Assembly: GCA_028023455.1 (NCBI GenBank)
Contig: JAQFVV010000008.1
Coordinates: forward strand, 14,880,001 to 14,944,000
Reading direction: 5' to 3'
DNA: 64,000 nt
From: Epiperipatus broadwayi
Taxonomy: Eukaryota; Animalia; Onychophora
The notes under the pieces are model-generated. The model was given only the letters and a program-made list of their open reading frames with translations. It made no database searches and was not told the origin of the DNA. The position numbers were made by a program, and so were the translations under genes. Positions 25,775 through 40,003 of this stretch are shown here, in pieces. Numbering within the stretch: the first letter of the stretch is position 1; each line of letters begins with the position of its first letter.

Positions 25775-27057
25775 TAAAATAGAAATTCATGTAACAATAC
25801 AATACTAACCAAAACAACAAAATTTTATTAAAAGTCTTACACAACCATACTTTCATTTATTAACAAATGGACCTTCTTGAGTGAAATTCAATTAAACACA
25901 CAACATATATACACAAAATAAAATAGTTTTCCTATCATTTATTTCAATAACCAAATTCCTTTTATGTCAAAGGATGTCTTCATGAGGTTGATGGCCTCAG
26001 ATTCAAAAATTTTTATCATGAATGTTGCTTTTACTCTTCTTTTCAATTCCCCCTTTTTTATATAAAAGATAACCTTTGCATTGTCAAATAATATTTTATG
26101 ATCTGTATTTAGTTTAAGAATATACAAAGCTGAGTTTTGATATCTATTTTTAATTCTAAAACTTTAACTTTTTCATTAAGACTTAATTTACACTGACCTA
26201 TATAAATTTGATGCTAATTATAAGATATTTTATAAACTACACAGGAATAGATTTGTAATCAATTGACAGTTTTGAACTATTTAGGAATGAATATAAATTC
26301 AGGCCTTTCTTCTAGGTCACTTTTATACCACCAATAAAAATTATTATAAATCACTTTACTAATTGATTTCTTATAGAGCAAAGACATAAACTCTTTAGTG
26401 ACACTATTGGTTAATAATAAGTGTAAATAAAGAGTATATTTATTTGCCCTATATGGCATCAATTAGTAAATTGATTTATAAGAATAGTTTTTTATTGGGT
26501 GGTATGAGAGTGGCCTGGAAGAAAGGCCTAAATTTAATTCATTACTAAATAGTTCAAAACAGTCAATTGATTGCAAATCTATTCCTGGGATAGTTTATAA
26601 TATACCTTAAAATGTATATAGGTCAGAGTAAATTAAGTCTTAATGAAAGTGTTAAAGTTTATAATAGAGTTAAAATTAGATATCAAAACTCAGCTTTGTA
26701 TATTCATGAACTGAAAACAGATCATAAAATATTATTTGCCAATACAGAGAACAATGCAGAGATTATCTTTTATGATAAATTGAATTGAAAAGAAGAGTAA
26801 ATGCAATATTTATGATAAAATGTTTTAAATCTAAGGCCATCAATCTCATGAAGACATCCTTTGGTGTGAAAAGAAGTTTATTGTTGAAGCAAATGATGGA
26901 AAAACTATTTTGTTTTGTGAATATATGTTGTATGTTTAGTTGAATTTCACTTGAGAAGGTCTATTTGTTAATAGATGAAACCATTGTTGTATAAGAATTT
27001 TAGTAAGATTTTATTGTTTTGTCTAGTATTGTAGTATTATATAAATTCTTATTTTAC
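25775..27057. mobile_element. Head-to-head inverted pair of 5'-truncated Penelope-like element 3' ends (GIY-YIG + pLTR), ~1.28-kb palindrome
   Basis: Arms ~25775-26400 and ~26425-27057 are reverse complements with scattered mismatches. Right arm translates IPGIVYNIP / KMYIGQSKLSLNE..NSALYIHELKTDHKILF; left arm (minus) gives VVYKISY..IYIGQ and TDHKILFDNAKVI..KRRVKA..EAINL, i.e. a GIY-YIG endonuclease. Confidence 0.85.
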
Positions 27058-27240
27058 TTTTAATTGTTAGTATAGCATTAGGCAGTATTTAATATAAATC
27101 TATGGATAATTTATAGAATTTTTTTTTTAATATTTACAAACATAAATTTAGCTAATTCAATTTATTTTCAATTTCATAATTGAATAATTTTTATTATAAA
27201 GTTATAACCTGTTACATTCAGACTTTTATTTCAAACTTGT

Positions 27241-27291
27241 AATAATAATAATAATGATGATGATAATAATACTATTAGTAGTGATAGTAAT

Positions 27292-27330
<39 letters not shown>

Positions 27331-27352
27331 AATAATGAGGAGGAGGAGGAGG
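27241..27352. repeat. Compound microsatellite (AAT/GAT/TAT/GAG)
   Basis: Visible runs of aat, gat, (tat)~11 and (gag)~6. Confidence 0.9.
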
Positions 27353-29747
27353 AGAAAAGAAATGAAGGAAGAAAATATATATTTAGTCCTTTACAATTTT
27401 ATTTAGGTTTAAAAATTGATTTAATGATACAGAATAATTTATTTGATTTTTGTTTATTCCCTCCTCTAAGTAAATATTAATTTAACTAGATACCTGGTAT
27501 TTTTATTTAAGAATAGTCAAACAAATTCCTTCATTTTGGTATACAATAAAGTGTTGATATGTGCTGTAACAATATAATTATATGCTATCCAAAAATATGT
27601 AAATAAAAAATAAATACATTAAAATCTGTAAAATTAGTAAATTTTATGATTATGTATTACAAAAGGTATATTAAAAGCTATTATTTTGTCTTGTAGCACT
27701 CTCACTAATTCTAATGTGATTTTATTTTCTTCATGTTAAGTGGATCAGAAGCACAGACGTTTTTTCTTCTTCCAAAATTGATGAAATGTTTTGTAAATGT
27801 AATTTGAGAAAATTTGTATTTTCCTTAATAAATGATAAAATGAAAGTTATTGATTTGTAGTGAAAGCAAAAATCATGATCAGGAAAAGGATGTATATTCA
27901 ACAACAATTAATCACTTATTAAATAAATAATGAAAACCCCAAAAGAATATTCACTATAATTCCAATCATACATATAGCAATGATATATATATATATAACT
28001 CTTTTACATTGTATATCACAGTTATATTTCCAAATTTCACACAAATACCAATCTAGATTAAGTTTATTTGATCACAGATGATTATGAAACTGATTCATCT
28101 CAATATAAATAAAGCCTATTTAATTACAATATAAAACTTATTTAAAGTTAAGTATATTTCTGGCATTAAAAATTCAATTCATCAGAAACTAATTATATAA
28201 GCATATTTGTATTGCCATTCCACATTCACTGACTTTTTACTAATTTAATTCTACAGTAGAGAATAGAAAACATCACAACTGCTTTAAATAAATAATATTT
28301 ATTAAATCATTATGAAAATATTATATATTATATCTTTTTCACAAAGTCTATTATCAACTTATCTTTTTTTAATGCTTATTTTATTAAAGTAAACTTAATT
28401 CATTTGACACTTGGAAAGGCTGAATAATAAGCAGAAGGTCGGTACTGTGATTAATTAAGTAATAATATAATAAAATGAAAAGTTTATAATAATTTATCAT
28501 GGTTAATAAGTTTAAAAATAATAATTTTAAAATTTAAATTTCATATAGTAATATTTAGATTGATAATAAAAAATAAATCAAGAAATAATATAAGATTATA
28601 AGTTTCATAGATTGATTATATTTTGCAGTTTTTATATGCATGATAATATTGATGTAAAATAATTAATAGATATGAAGGACTTGCTGATTTGACTTGTGTA
28701 ATAATAAAAATGACGATGATAATAATAATTATTAATGATATAGGTGTAGTATAAGTTGGGAATGGTTTAGGGTATGTATATACGGTTAAGGTATATATAT
28801 ATATGTATATAGTTGATATAGATATATTAGAGGTGTTTTTATTTATGTATTGTATATAATAGAAATAATATATTACATATATAGTTTGCACTGTATAAAT
28901 AGACTATTTATTATAGTAAAATTTCTACTTATTTCTAATTACAGATGGTTAAAAATGAGATTCTATCTCTCTCCTGTTACAGAATGAATAAGTTTACACA
29001 ATTCATTTATTAAATTATAATTCAGGCATGCAATATATTAAAGCCCTGATTTCAGTATGATAAGCAAAAATTGACTTATATAATGATAAGCTTTAAGCAT
29101 AAAAGGTCTACTTATGCATTTTAAATTAATGCTCATGGGTGAGTGCATGTAAATTCATAAAAGCTCATGATTGGAAGTTAGTCACCTTATTTATATATAA
29201 AAGACATATAAATCATGTAATGAATGGAAAGAAAAAATAAAAATAAAAGATGGATGATGCTAAAAAATGTGTAGCTCACAATATTTGAATAACAAAGCAA
29301 AAAAAAATCAAAAATCTTAGAAAAAGTATAAAATATCAAACTAAAAAATCATAAATAATCTTAATTGTTTGTTTATTTAAATGATCTTACTTAAATTAAG
29401 TATATATATATTTCACACATCTAGAAAAATCTAAAACTCTCTTATCTGTAAATCAGAGAATATATTATCAATATATTTTTATCTTCCAAATTCTTTTAAC
29501 ATTCTTAAAAGTTTCAACTGTAAATTAGATCTTAGTATTGTTTGAACTTCTTATAATCAATGATAATGTGTTAGTCAAATTCATTTTTGGTGTATATAAA
29601 AACAATTCAACTGTTGGTAAAAAAATTGAAAGTGAATTTTTTACATTGAATTTTAATTAAAGCTTTTGAAAGTTTTAGTGAATTTTTCTATAGAAGCACT
29701 CATTCCGTTCAATACATGGATGTTTCATCCCTGATATATATATATAT

Positions 29748-31457
29748 TGTACCAGGGTGGATGGTTTACCAAAAAAATTATTAAATGGACAAATAAATCC
29801 CTGATGGAGTAAACACAATATTTACTTTAACTCTTTAAATAAATTTATTTTATGAAAGCAAAATGATATGACTAAAATATAATACAATATTATTCCTTGC
29901 AGTTTATGTATTGCTCCACCACAGCCCCTTAGGCAGAGAAGAGAGTACTCAAAGAGCATCTGAATCCAAGCCAGCAGATTTATCTGTGAAATATATCTAA
30001 CTGACCACATTTGAAAGAAACAGATTTCTTCTTGACTATTGATTTCAACACCACATTCAAAGCACTTTTTTGTTTTGTAGAAACATGGGCACCAGTTACT
30101 TACCCAGATGATAAATAATGCACTTTAAACAATGGCGACTAATTGAATTGACTGACAAAAGTAAACTTTAAGTTTAAAAGACAATTTATTTTAATTAACA
30201 TATATTATACTAATTTTAAATACTTTTGTAAATCTTAACTAACATAACACTGGTATTTTATATAACGAACACACTAGAATATCATATAACAAAGCATTAA
30301 CTAATATTTGACATTTAAAACACACACATCAATAGTTTGTCTATGTATGCTATAGAGTTCATATTACTTGACTCTCAGAGGCTTCAACAAATGTGATGGC
30401 TACTTTATAAATAAGAATAAGAAAATGTTATTATCTAGGATTTTTGAACATGGATTTAGAACTTTGTTTTCTTCCTGGTTGCTGCTTCAAGTACAAAATT
30501 TCCAGCTGGCTGGGATGTTTTCTTGAGGAGCTTTATTATTATTCATTGGCACTATTCTTGGAGACAGTTAAATATTCCTGGTGATTCTTCAAGTTGTTAT
30601 GCAGGCATTTTTCTATTCTGGGCAGGTTGCTGTTTCACTGGACTCATGCTAGAGAAAGTCATATGTTTCCAAGGGTTTTAACACTGCATTATTGACTGAT
30701 TTAATTTCAACTGCACAATCTCAATAGTAATCTCAAATGCACAATCTAAATTGTAATCTCAACTGCTTGTCTGATGAAAAACTGGTCTATTTATACTTAA
30801 AGCCTGTTGTCATTTTGATGTCCGCCAGCAATATCTGTTGTCGAAATTCCTTGTTTGTTTTTAATTGCATTCCTCGCGATAAGCTTTTAATCCTGTTGTT
30901 GGAAATGTTAATTAGCAGCCTCTGCAAATGTAGTATTGTTGTTTTTTTGTTTAATTTAATAGCCATTGCTGTGTTTTTTAATGATAATTTTCTATATCAC
31001 TTTTTTAATATTTACTATGCATACCTTTATTATATTTACAATTGCATGTATATATTTTACTACCAAATTCATATTAATTCGTCATTTATGCACATATATA
31101 ATTTAAGATCAATTCACTAATTAGTTTTTAATATGACTTTCTTTTTTCTTTAACTTAAATAAAAGAGATTTATATTTTTAAACTTTAAGTTATATTTCAA
31201 CTAATAATAAAAAAAACTCTTTACTTCTTTTATAAAACTTTTAGTTTGACATTTCTAAAGCAACCCCCCTCCCCACTTTTTAATTAATTAATTGTAACTT
31301 ATTTCAAAAACTCTTTGACTTTTAATTTTACGTTTTTCGAAAATAAACTGCAATAAAAAAAACTCTTAAACTTTTACATACTCTTTTCTTTTATCGAAAG
31401 ATTTTTATTTCAATAATTTTAGACAAAATTATTATATGTACCAACCATGATATTGGT

Positions 31458-31460
<3 letters not shown>
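29748..31460. mobile_element. Unclassified element with TGTACCA..TGGTACA ends inserted in an AT array
   Basis: Starts tgtaccagggtggatggttt after (at)n and ends ..accatgatattggtaca before (at)17. Short imperfect TIR. The interior looks like decayed coding DNA but is not assignable. Confidence 0.35.

Positions 31461-31494
<34 letters not shown>
31461..31494. repeat. (AT)17 microsatellite
   Basis: Direct reading. Confidence 0.98.
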
Positions 31495-31497
<3 letters not shown>

Positions 31498-34400
31498 GCC
31501 CTTATCTATGGGTCATAATAAGGTAGAATGGTCAATTGCTAAAAAATTTAAAATTTTAAAATACGTTTGTGTAATATATTGATAATTGTATGATCGATTA
31601 GATTTAATAGTACAATTTAAGGCTGAAAATACCTGGTATATAAAAGTGTAATGGATTGTTTTAGGAGAAAAACAGTTAAATAAAGCTTAATTATATCCTT
31701 GCTTATGGTTGTAAAAGCTGGCCATATAAAATAACACAGCTATAAATAGTTAAAAGTATATATTAATTCGAGTATGATATTTTAAAACTAATAAATTAAA
31801 TAAATGCTATATGTAGTGTTATAATTATATTTAATAGTCAAAATTAATAGAGTATATTTTAAAATAAACTTTATGATGGTGAGAATTATATTTGGTTCTA
31901 CAAGTTTAAATTATTTTCCAAATTTTTTATAAAATATATCAGTTTTGGTAATTTAGACCGAGACGTAAATTAAAAAATCATCTGATAAAGTTAGTAATCA
32001 TGTGACTGTATATTATATACCTTCACACACACGCTTGTTAGAATAATAATAAAGTTTGTGAATTATGAAACTAAATATAATTGCTATCTGTCGTTAAAGT
32101 AAAAGTTGAGATATTAAATATTATTTTAATAATTATTTTAAAGTTTAAATGATTTTGATAAAACTATAATTGAATTTGAAAATACTATTCTAAATAATAT
32201 TTAAGACATGATGTCATAAATTCTTTATTTTAAAGGGCTTAATCTATTATAAAACTAAAATGTGTAAATTTGTTCACGCTAAAAAAGTCATTAACCAATC
32301 AACGGAGGTATTTTAGCAGACAAAATATAAGAATTAGACGAAGCGGGAGAAAGTAATGTGTAAGTGAAGGAGGGAGTAACATATTTTTTTTAGCTGGATA
32401 AGACCGTAAGCTAGAAAAGTGATATAATTTTAAAATTTTATATTTATTTTAAAAGTTTTTTTAACATATAATATTTTGACTGCCTTTACATGAAGGGCTA
32501 ATTTTAAAAGTTTTCTTGCCAGTAATTTTATTCAAGTTTAGCCAAAACCTTACAGTAAAAATGGAAGTACTACAGAAAAAAATACCTAAAAATATTGTTA
32601 AAGGAAAAATATTTGTAAAGTGCCTTGATACAGCTTTATTTATGCTCAACCAGAAACTTATTATTGTAACTCAGAGGAATATAATTTGGACGCTATACGG
32701 AAAACTTAAAAAAAGAAGTTATTTGCCGTCAGGAAAAAATTATGACGCACAAATTTATAAGGCTACTTTGAAGTTTTTTTTTTTATTCTTCTCTATGGGA
32801 AAATTAAGATGCGTATATCATAAAGGAAAAATTATGTAAAAGTTATAATGAAAAAAGAATGTTTATCTTTTTAAAGGAAATATTACAAAAAATATAGTAC
32901 CAGAAGTTTAAAAGAAGGAAAAAAGTTATAGAATAATAATATGAAAGAGCTATTGTGTTTTATGAAAAAAGAACAGAAAAACTTTATCTAAGAAGAATTA
33001 AATATTATAAAGTATTCATTATAAAAGCGCTTAATAAAGATAGAGATTAGAAAATATAAATTTAAATTACTTAATGAAAAATGGATCCATGGAAACAGAA
33101 AGGTTTTATTGAATATTTAAATCAAAGTACCTAGAAGATGCATCATAAAAGTCACGCGGGAAAATCTTAGCAGAAAATATTAAAAGAGAATATGTAGACA
33201 TTTTCTTTACGGGATTAACTAATATCATAATTAATAATTGTATTAAATATTATAAAAAAACCAAGGATTGTCATCTATGAATATTTATTAAACAGAGCAA
33301 TAATTGTTTTGCCTTAAAATAGAACATTAAGTGCCTGAAGAAGAAATAATAAACATTTTTTTTTTAGCTTTAATATGAACGGTTTCAAGGAAATTTGATG
33401 AAGAAGTACAGTAAATATAGTTTAAATATTTTTTACTAAGTTATTTTAAAATATAAAATGTTATGTGAGATTAGGGAAAACATAAAACATAAATTTAGTA
33501 ATATTAAAATTTAAATATAATAGCTTGATAAAACTATAGAAATAGTGTTTAAAATGGGGTGTATGAATGTGATTATTATATCTACAAGGATCAATGGGAT
33601 GGTGAAGCCTACGGAACGCGATCAAAGAAATAAAGGTCGTTTTTGGTAATTTTGATAGTTATTTATAATGCATAATGTAATAATTTTTTTTAGATCATCT
33701 ATTGATTAAGAATGAAGTGTGAAAGTTTAAATTATATGTACACATTTTATACAACATTTTAACATATGATGAGATAGGAGTAATTCGGAATATGCATGCA
33801 ATAATTTATTTAAAGTATATTAATAATATAATTTAACAGAACAATTGTGTGATTCTTTTGAACTTTCATGTGATAAAGTATTCAGATATTTAAATAGTTT
33901 GTATATGATTAAATATACGGAGGAAAGTAGTAAAAAAGATTTTCTTATAGAACAGTGGAATAGTTTTAAAATAAATGAATTTTATTATTGTTAGAAATGC
34001 AGATATGTATTTGTCGATGTACAGTATAGAAAAATCTTGAGAAATAAGATCGGATAGTGACTTGGAAGTACTAGTGGAGAGGAAACCAAGATGATGTTTT
34101 TTTTTAAGAAATAGGAAAATAAAGTATTTGGATCATATTTAGTTTTTGTGAGATTTCAGTATAGTTAACTAAGCCCTATGACTGAACACATATAGTTTGG
34201 ACAGTGTTTTTTTTGCATATCTTTAAACTTTTTGATGTTATAATAAAGCTGAAGAAATAGCTTTAGCATCGTTCCTATAATAGAGGTTGGTAGACAGGTA
34301 AAGGTCACTCCTCTATAGTGTCTTTTAATTCACTGTGCCATGATTGTTAAGGTTTATGACAAGTAATATTCTAGTTATATTTTGATCCTATGCATCTATC

Positions 34401-35446
34401 TTCGCTATCCTTATTTCGTGAATCTGCATCGGTCAGAAAGATATTTTCAAAGAAATAATGAATAAAATAGAACTGAAGATATGTTATCGTTTATGTAAGA
34501 ATAGTTTATTTGCTGGAGTGAATAGAATTGTGTAACTTTAAAATTGAAAGTCCAAAATATCATAAAGAGAGAAAGAATCATATAATACATTGTAAAATTA
34601 ATTCAGAAATGAATATAAGATTTTGAAAAGAAATCTAAACTAAGTATTTTAAAAGTGATAATAAAATTTGAATGAATTTTTTTTTTGTAATATTTTTAGA
34701 AAATAAGTATTGCATATTTATTAAGAGAATAGTTCAATAAGGTATAATAAACATATACTTGTGCATGGTATGTGAATAGTTGTAATTATGTCATCCGAAG
34801 TAAGGCTTGAATGAGAATATTAGGATAAATAAACATTGGATAATGAACAATAAAAACCTAATACCGAATGTAGAACAATGTTTTGACTTTGTAAGAGTCC
34901 ATACAACCAATATAAAACTAAAATTTGTTATTTAGTAGAATTTTACTACGAATGTAAATTTTGTAAAAATATAATTTTAATAATATTAGGGATGCAAAGT
35001 GTTTGTGATAAGCATATAAGAAATGCATTTTGTAACAAGCTAACCATAATAATAAATCAAGTAATAATACTGTATTTTCTAAGCGTTTTAAAAATAAGAT
35101 TTAACTAGGAAAAGTAAATAATATTTTGATTTCATTTATAAACTAATAAACTAAGTGAGATAGGAGAGTAAGGGATATCCAATGTATATAGTGTAAAAAT
35201 ATTGTTGATTTATTTATGTTGTTAATAAACTTTGTTTTAAATTTGTTTTAAAGTTTTGTGTCCGCGTTGTTATTTCTCCACATGGATGCATGAAATCACA
35301 ATACATTTATAATTGAAACAGACATATGGATTTTGCACAAAAGGTAAACATAAAAGTGTTATAAGAATTTTTGAGAATTTATTGGTATGTTAAAATTAAA
35401 AGATCATAATTTTATATTATTTATTGGTCATAAGTCGGTTGCCACA
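31495..35446 (+). mobile_element. Decayed integrase-bearing element (Ginger-like or LTR-retrotransposon remnant)
   Basis: atat|TGTG start and CACA|atat end. Frameshifted pieces MHHKSHAGK../..IKREYVDIFFTGL..IINNC (H2C2-like, 33138), ERFQGNL (33377) and NGMV (33593) occur in integrase order. Boundaries are tentative. Confidence 0.4.
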
Positions 35447-36976
35447 ATATTACATTAAATTATATGCTAATGTTGCCACACGTATTCTATTGTCAGATTA
35501 TTAAAATACTACCACGTACGTATTTATTTAATTCATTTAGGAAGAAATAAGATTATATTATATTATTATTGTTATTATTATTTTATTATTATTAGTTGAT
35601 GTGTAGTAGATTATGACATAAAAATTCCCTTTTCATATTTTACTACCGTAATTTTAAATTAGTTAGAATACAATTTCTGAACCTGAGATTTTATTTTATT
35701 TTATTTATTTTTCTTCATTTTATTTAATTGAGCTAGATTCTTGATATAAAGAAGATTGAGATATGATTATTATTTTAATCGTAGTGAATAGAGCTCAGAA
35801 AGTCGTAAGAATACTATGAGTTAGTTATTTTGGTATAGTAAAAAGGGGGAATAGTGTTCTTATGCCATTGAGGTAGTATCGTGTGGATAATGTCTCAATG
35901 TAGTCTATCTCGTTCCCCGTATTGTCACTCCATGTCTCATGAAAATAGTAAATGTTTGCTAATTCATTTTAAAATTGAACTGTATTTGTATTTAGAAATT
36001 AGAGCTAGTAATCATTTTAATCAATGCTGAATATTTCATTTATTTATTTGTTAACTGAGCTAGAACCCGGAATATTCGTAATAAACAATATATTTTGGGG
36101 TGAGGATGCGCAGGGGGAGGTTAGAATATATATATATTGAGATAAATAAAATAAAGTATCCTTATATATCTCAAATCAATATTAAAATAGATTTAAATTA
36201 AAAACAAAAACAATAGAACTTTGTGTGTGTTTGTGTAGAGTACACCATTAATATTCCTGAATTGAAAGGATAGGACAGTGTATTTCAATTTTCATTGATG
36301 ATAGTAATACTAATAAGTACCAGAAGTATGCATGCCTATGGGCAAGAATGATATTTATTACTTTTTATTTTGATTATTCAAGGTGTTGGTATTGAAATAG
36401 ATTTGTGAGATCAAAAGTAAATTTAACCTTTACTCATGGGTATGCATTTAATAGGAGAGCTTTCTTTAGTCATTAGTTATAAGAGTATTGTATCATTAAT
36501 AAGAGATGTATATGTTTCATCATTTAAGCTTAAAGCAATCAGAGATTAAGGAGGATGATTATTTATTAATATAAATATAAGATTATGGGAAAACAGTTGC
36601 CATGGAAGCAGTAATCAAAAATAAAAAGGTTAATGATGTATGTTATCAGCCTTCTTGTTCCTTATTAATATAAGAATAAAATTATAATTGTGATAATAAT
36701 GTGTATGAAGATTTATTTGTATAAGTTATACCTATCAATATATTCTATACTAAGCAAATATGGAGCAGTAAACTCCGAAAAATGAAACTGAATTGTTCTA
36801 CATTTTATGTTTAAATAATACTGAAATGCAAAAACTGTTAGAAAGAAAATTATTTATACAAAATATTTGCCAATGAAAGTTCTTTTGAATAATATTCTGC
36901 CAAAAGTAAAGATAGATATAAAACAGTGAGTACCATATCTAATGTCACTGAGAATTAATAACATTTATTTATGAAG

Positions 36977-37590
36977 TATTATAACTTTATCTTTTCTATT
37001 GCATTGCCAAATCCATATAATATTAATATCATCTATGTTCTTTATTACTTTTACAATGCCTTTTTTATAACCTAATATGACAGTTTCAATTGCTGGGGCA
37101 ATTAAAACTGTCATATTAGGTTGTAAAAAAAGCATTGCAAAAGTAATAAAGAATATAGATGATATTAACAGTTATTTAATATGTTTGAATATTTCTTTGG
37201 ACATGATTGCTAATCTAGTTAATAAAATTAGTGAATTTGTTTCAGAAGATTATATTCAACATTTATCATCTTTTACCTATTTATAAATTTAATATTGATA
37301 TCATTTATGTTCTTTATTATTTGTTACAATGCTTTTTACAACCCATTATTGAGGATTTTGATTGCCTCAGCAATCTTCTTCATAACTATAACAAACACAA
37401 TACAAATATATAATACAAATATATTTGTATTCATGTATTTGTATTGTGTTTGTTATAGTTCTGAAGAAGATTGCTGGAACAATTGAAATTGTTAATAATG
37501 GGTTGTAAAAATCATTGTAAAAAGTAATAAAGAACATAAATGATATCAATATTATATAGATTTGGCAATGCAATAAGAAAGATAAAGTTA
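36977..37590. mobile_element. Nested foldback of four pLTR-like arms carrying a second hammerhead-like motif
   Basis: Palindrome 1 centred at 37094-37097 and palindrome 2 centred at 37421-37422 share the arm atatcat.tatgttctttatta..ttacaatg..ttttacaacc. The outer segment 36977-37020 pairs with ~37550-37590. CTGAAGA-A-GATTG..CAATT-GAAA at 37461-37488. Confidence 0.75.
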
Positions 37591-37649
37591 TAATATATAA
37601 ATTTACTATAAACTATTTTTACTTTTCCATAAACATATACAAATAGTTT

Positions 37650-38100
37650 ACTTTATTGAAAGGCCATATATATTGAAAAATATAATCTTTTTTGACAAAG
37701 TTGTAGGAAAGAAATCATAATGTGTGTATGGAAGGGGGAGAAAATAAGATCAATTTGAATCAATCTATAAAACCATCTTTTGCAATGACATTCTCTATAT
37801 TGGTTTCCCTAATAAATAATCCACATCATAAACAAACTTGATTCTATTTTCATCTTGGATGTAAATGAGATGTTTAACTAAGTTTAATATATACAACATT
37901 TGGAGAGTTCATCACCTTCTAAAATATTATATAAATATTTTATTGTTTTAGTTTATTATTAGTGTGTTTATTTCTTGTTAACAAAATAGAGTTATCAGTT
38001 ATTAATTTTTAATGCTGTTTTCATGGAATTTCCTTGGGTGAGAAGCAATCGATGAATCATGTTAACTAATATAGAGTCTGTGTTCCAAAGTTAATTGAGA
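37650..38100 (-). mobile_element. Possible very decayed Penelope-type RT fragment
   Basis: Minus-strand pieces LNISFT / DENRIKF.YDV / WFYR loosely resemble the PLE RT 'IKFT..E.N..I.FLDV..W/VYRKPT' region. Weak. Confidence 0.25.
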
Positions 38101-38412
38101 CAGAATATGAGATCACTTATTGTAGTGTTGGGATATTCCATGCTGGAAATATATATATATTAATTTAATTGTATGTTTGATATAGACGTATAAGATATGC
38201 ATATGAATAAATAGGATATTATAAGGATAAATTAATTATGCAATCTACTTTGTTTTGGATTCATTAAGGATTGTATAGCGTTCAATGGGAGAATAGTTTA
38301 TTCAGTTGTTCCACTTTTGTAAATTTTTAAATTCGTTTCTATATTCATACTATAATTAAACTGAGTGATAAATGAATACAAACATATATAACAGTATGTG
38401 AAAATCTAATTT

Positions 38413-38712
<300 letters not shown>

Positions 38713-39897
38713 AAAAAATTGTTGTGACTAATGGAATCAAGGTCTGGAAAATTTCCAATGTTCATCTCATACATTTTCGTCATTGCAGTTGTTATTATCA
38801 AGTAATTCTTTATATAATAAGTAATCATGGATGATTGTTTATCAACATGCAACAGCAAGAATAGTGAAGTTACTGTTTTCTGCGATTAAGATCAACAAAT
38901 ATCATAGTCTCTCTTTTCAGTTGCTAGCTAGTTCTTAAATAAAAAAAATCCATTTAAGACAGGGTGTGTGTGTGTGAATGATCTTGCTTTTATATATATT
39001 TAATTATGTCAGGCAAAATTAAATTATGATCTTTATTTCCAGGTGATTGTAAAATCATCAGCCAAGAGAGCAGTTGGTGACTGAAGGAATTTCCGATTGC
39101 AGTCTCAGGCTGTCAATCAATGATCTTTTATTAAGATATTTACAACTGCAGATCAATTTTAAATAAAATAATATTACATGTACTATTAAAAGAATCGTCT
39201 ATTGTTGGACTTTATGATGTTAAAATATGAAGAAACAATTGATTTGAAATGGTGTATATGTACTTTATACAAAAATACAAATATTGGAAAAGCAAGTGGA
39301 ATGGGATTCATTATAAATAAAAAGTGGAAAAACAACATTGTAGACATTGATGGTACATTAGAGCAGTGAAATTAGTTATTCAATTTAATGAAAGATAAGA
39401 AATACTGATAATTCAGGTTTGTGCAATAAAAAGTTATTATTATAATAAATAAGTAGATTTTTATATAGATATGCAGAATGTTTTTGATTAGATCAAACAA
39501 CATTTTTAATTCTCATGGGAGACTTTAATGCTACAATTGGTAAATGATTGAAAGATGAAAATATTACAGATAAATTTGATTATGTACAAGAGAAATGAGA
39601 TTTTGGAATTTGCAGGAAAAAACGTCAACTTTTTATTGTGAATTTTTCTTTGAGAAAAATGTTAAATGTAAATAGACATGGAAACACCCAAAATAAAGAT
39701 ACAACAGAATTGGATCATATTTTAAATAATACAAAATATGCATTTCAAGATAGTAATGTGCTTGATATAGATTTAAAAAGTGATTATCAATTAGTGAGAC
39801 ATATGAATTATATTAAAGCAAAGCTAAAGAGATTAAGGTAAAAAAAAACAGTATTAAAGTTGATATTTTTAACCTTCAGAAATATTCCAATGATTTT

Positions 39898-40003
39898 GTC
39901 AAGTGTTGGTGGTTGAGTGGTCAGCACAGCTGCCTTACAAGCAGTTATTCCGGGTTTGCGGGTTCGCTTCCTGGACAATGCTTTGATACATGAAAAAAAA
40001 AAA
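39898..40003 (+). mobile_element. tRNA-Val(TAC)-derived short SINE, copy 1
   Basis: gtggtcagcacagctgc-cttacaa-gcagt anticodon arm, ggttcgcttcc B box, poly-A tail, 12-bp TSD tccaatga(t/a)ttt (39886-39897, 40004-40015). Confidence 0.85.
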
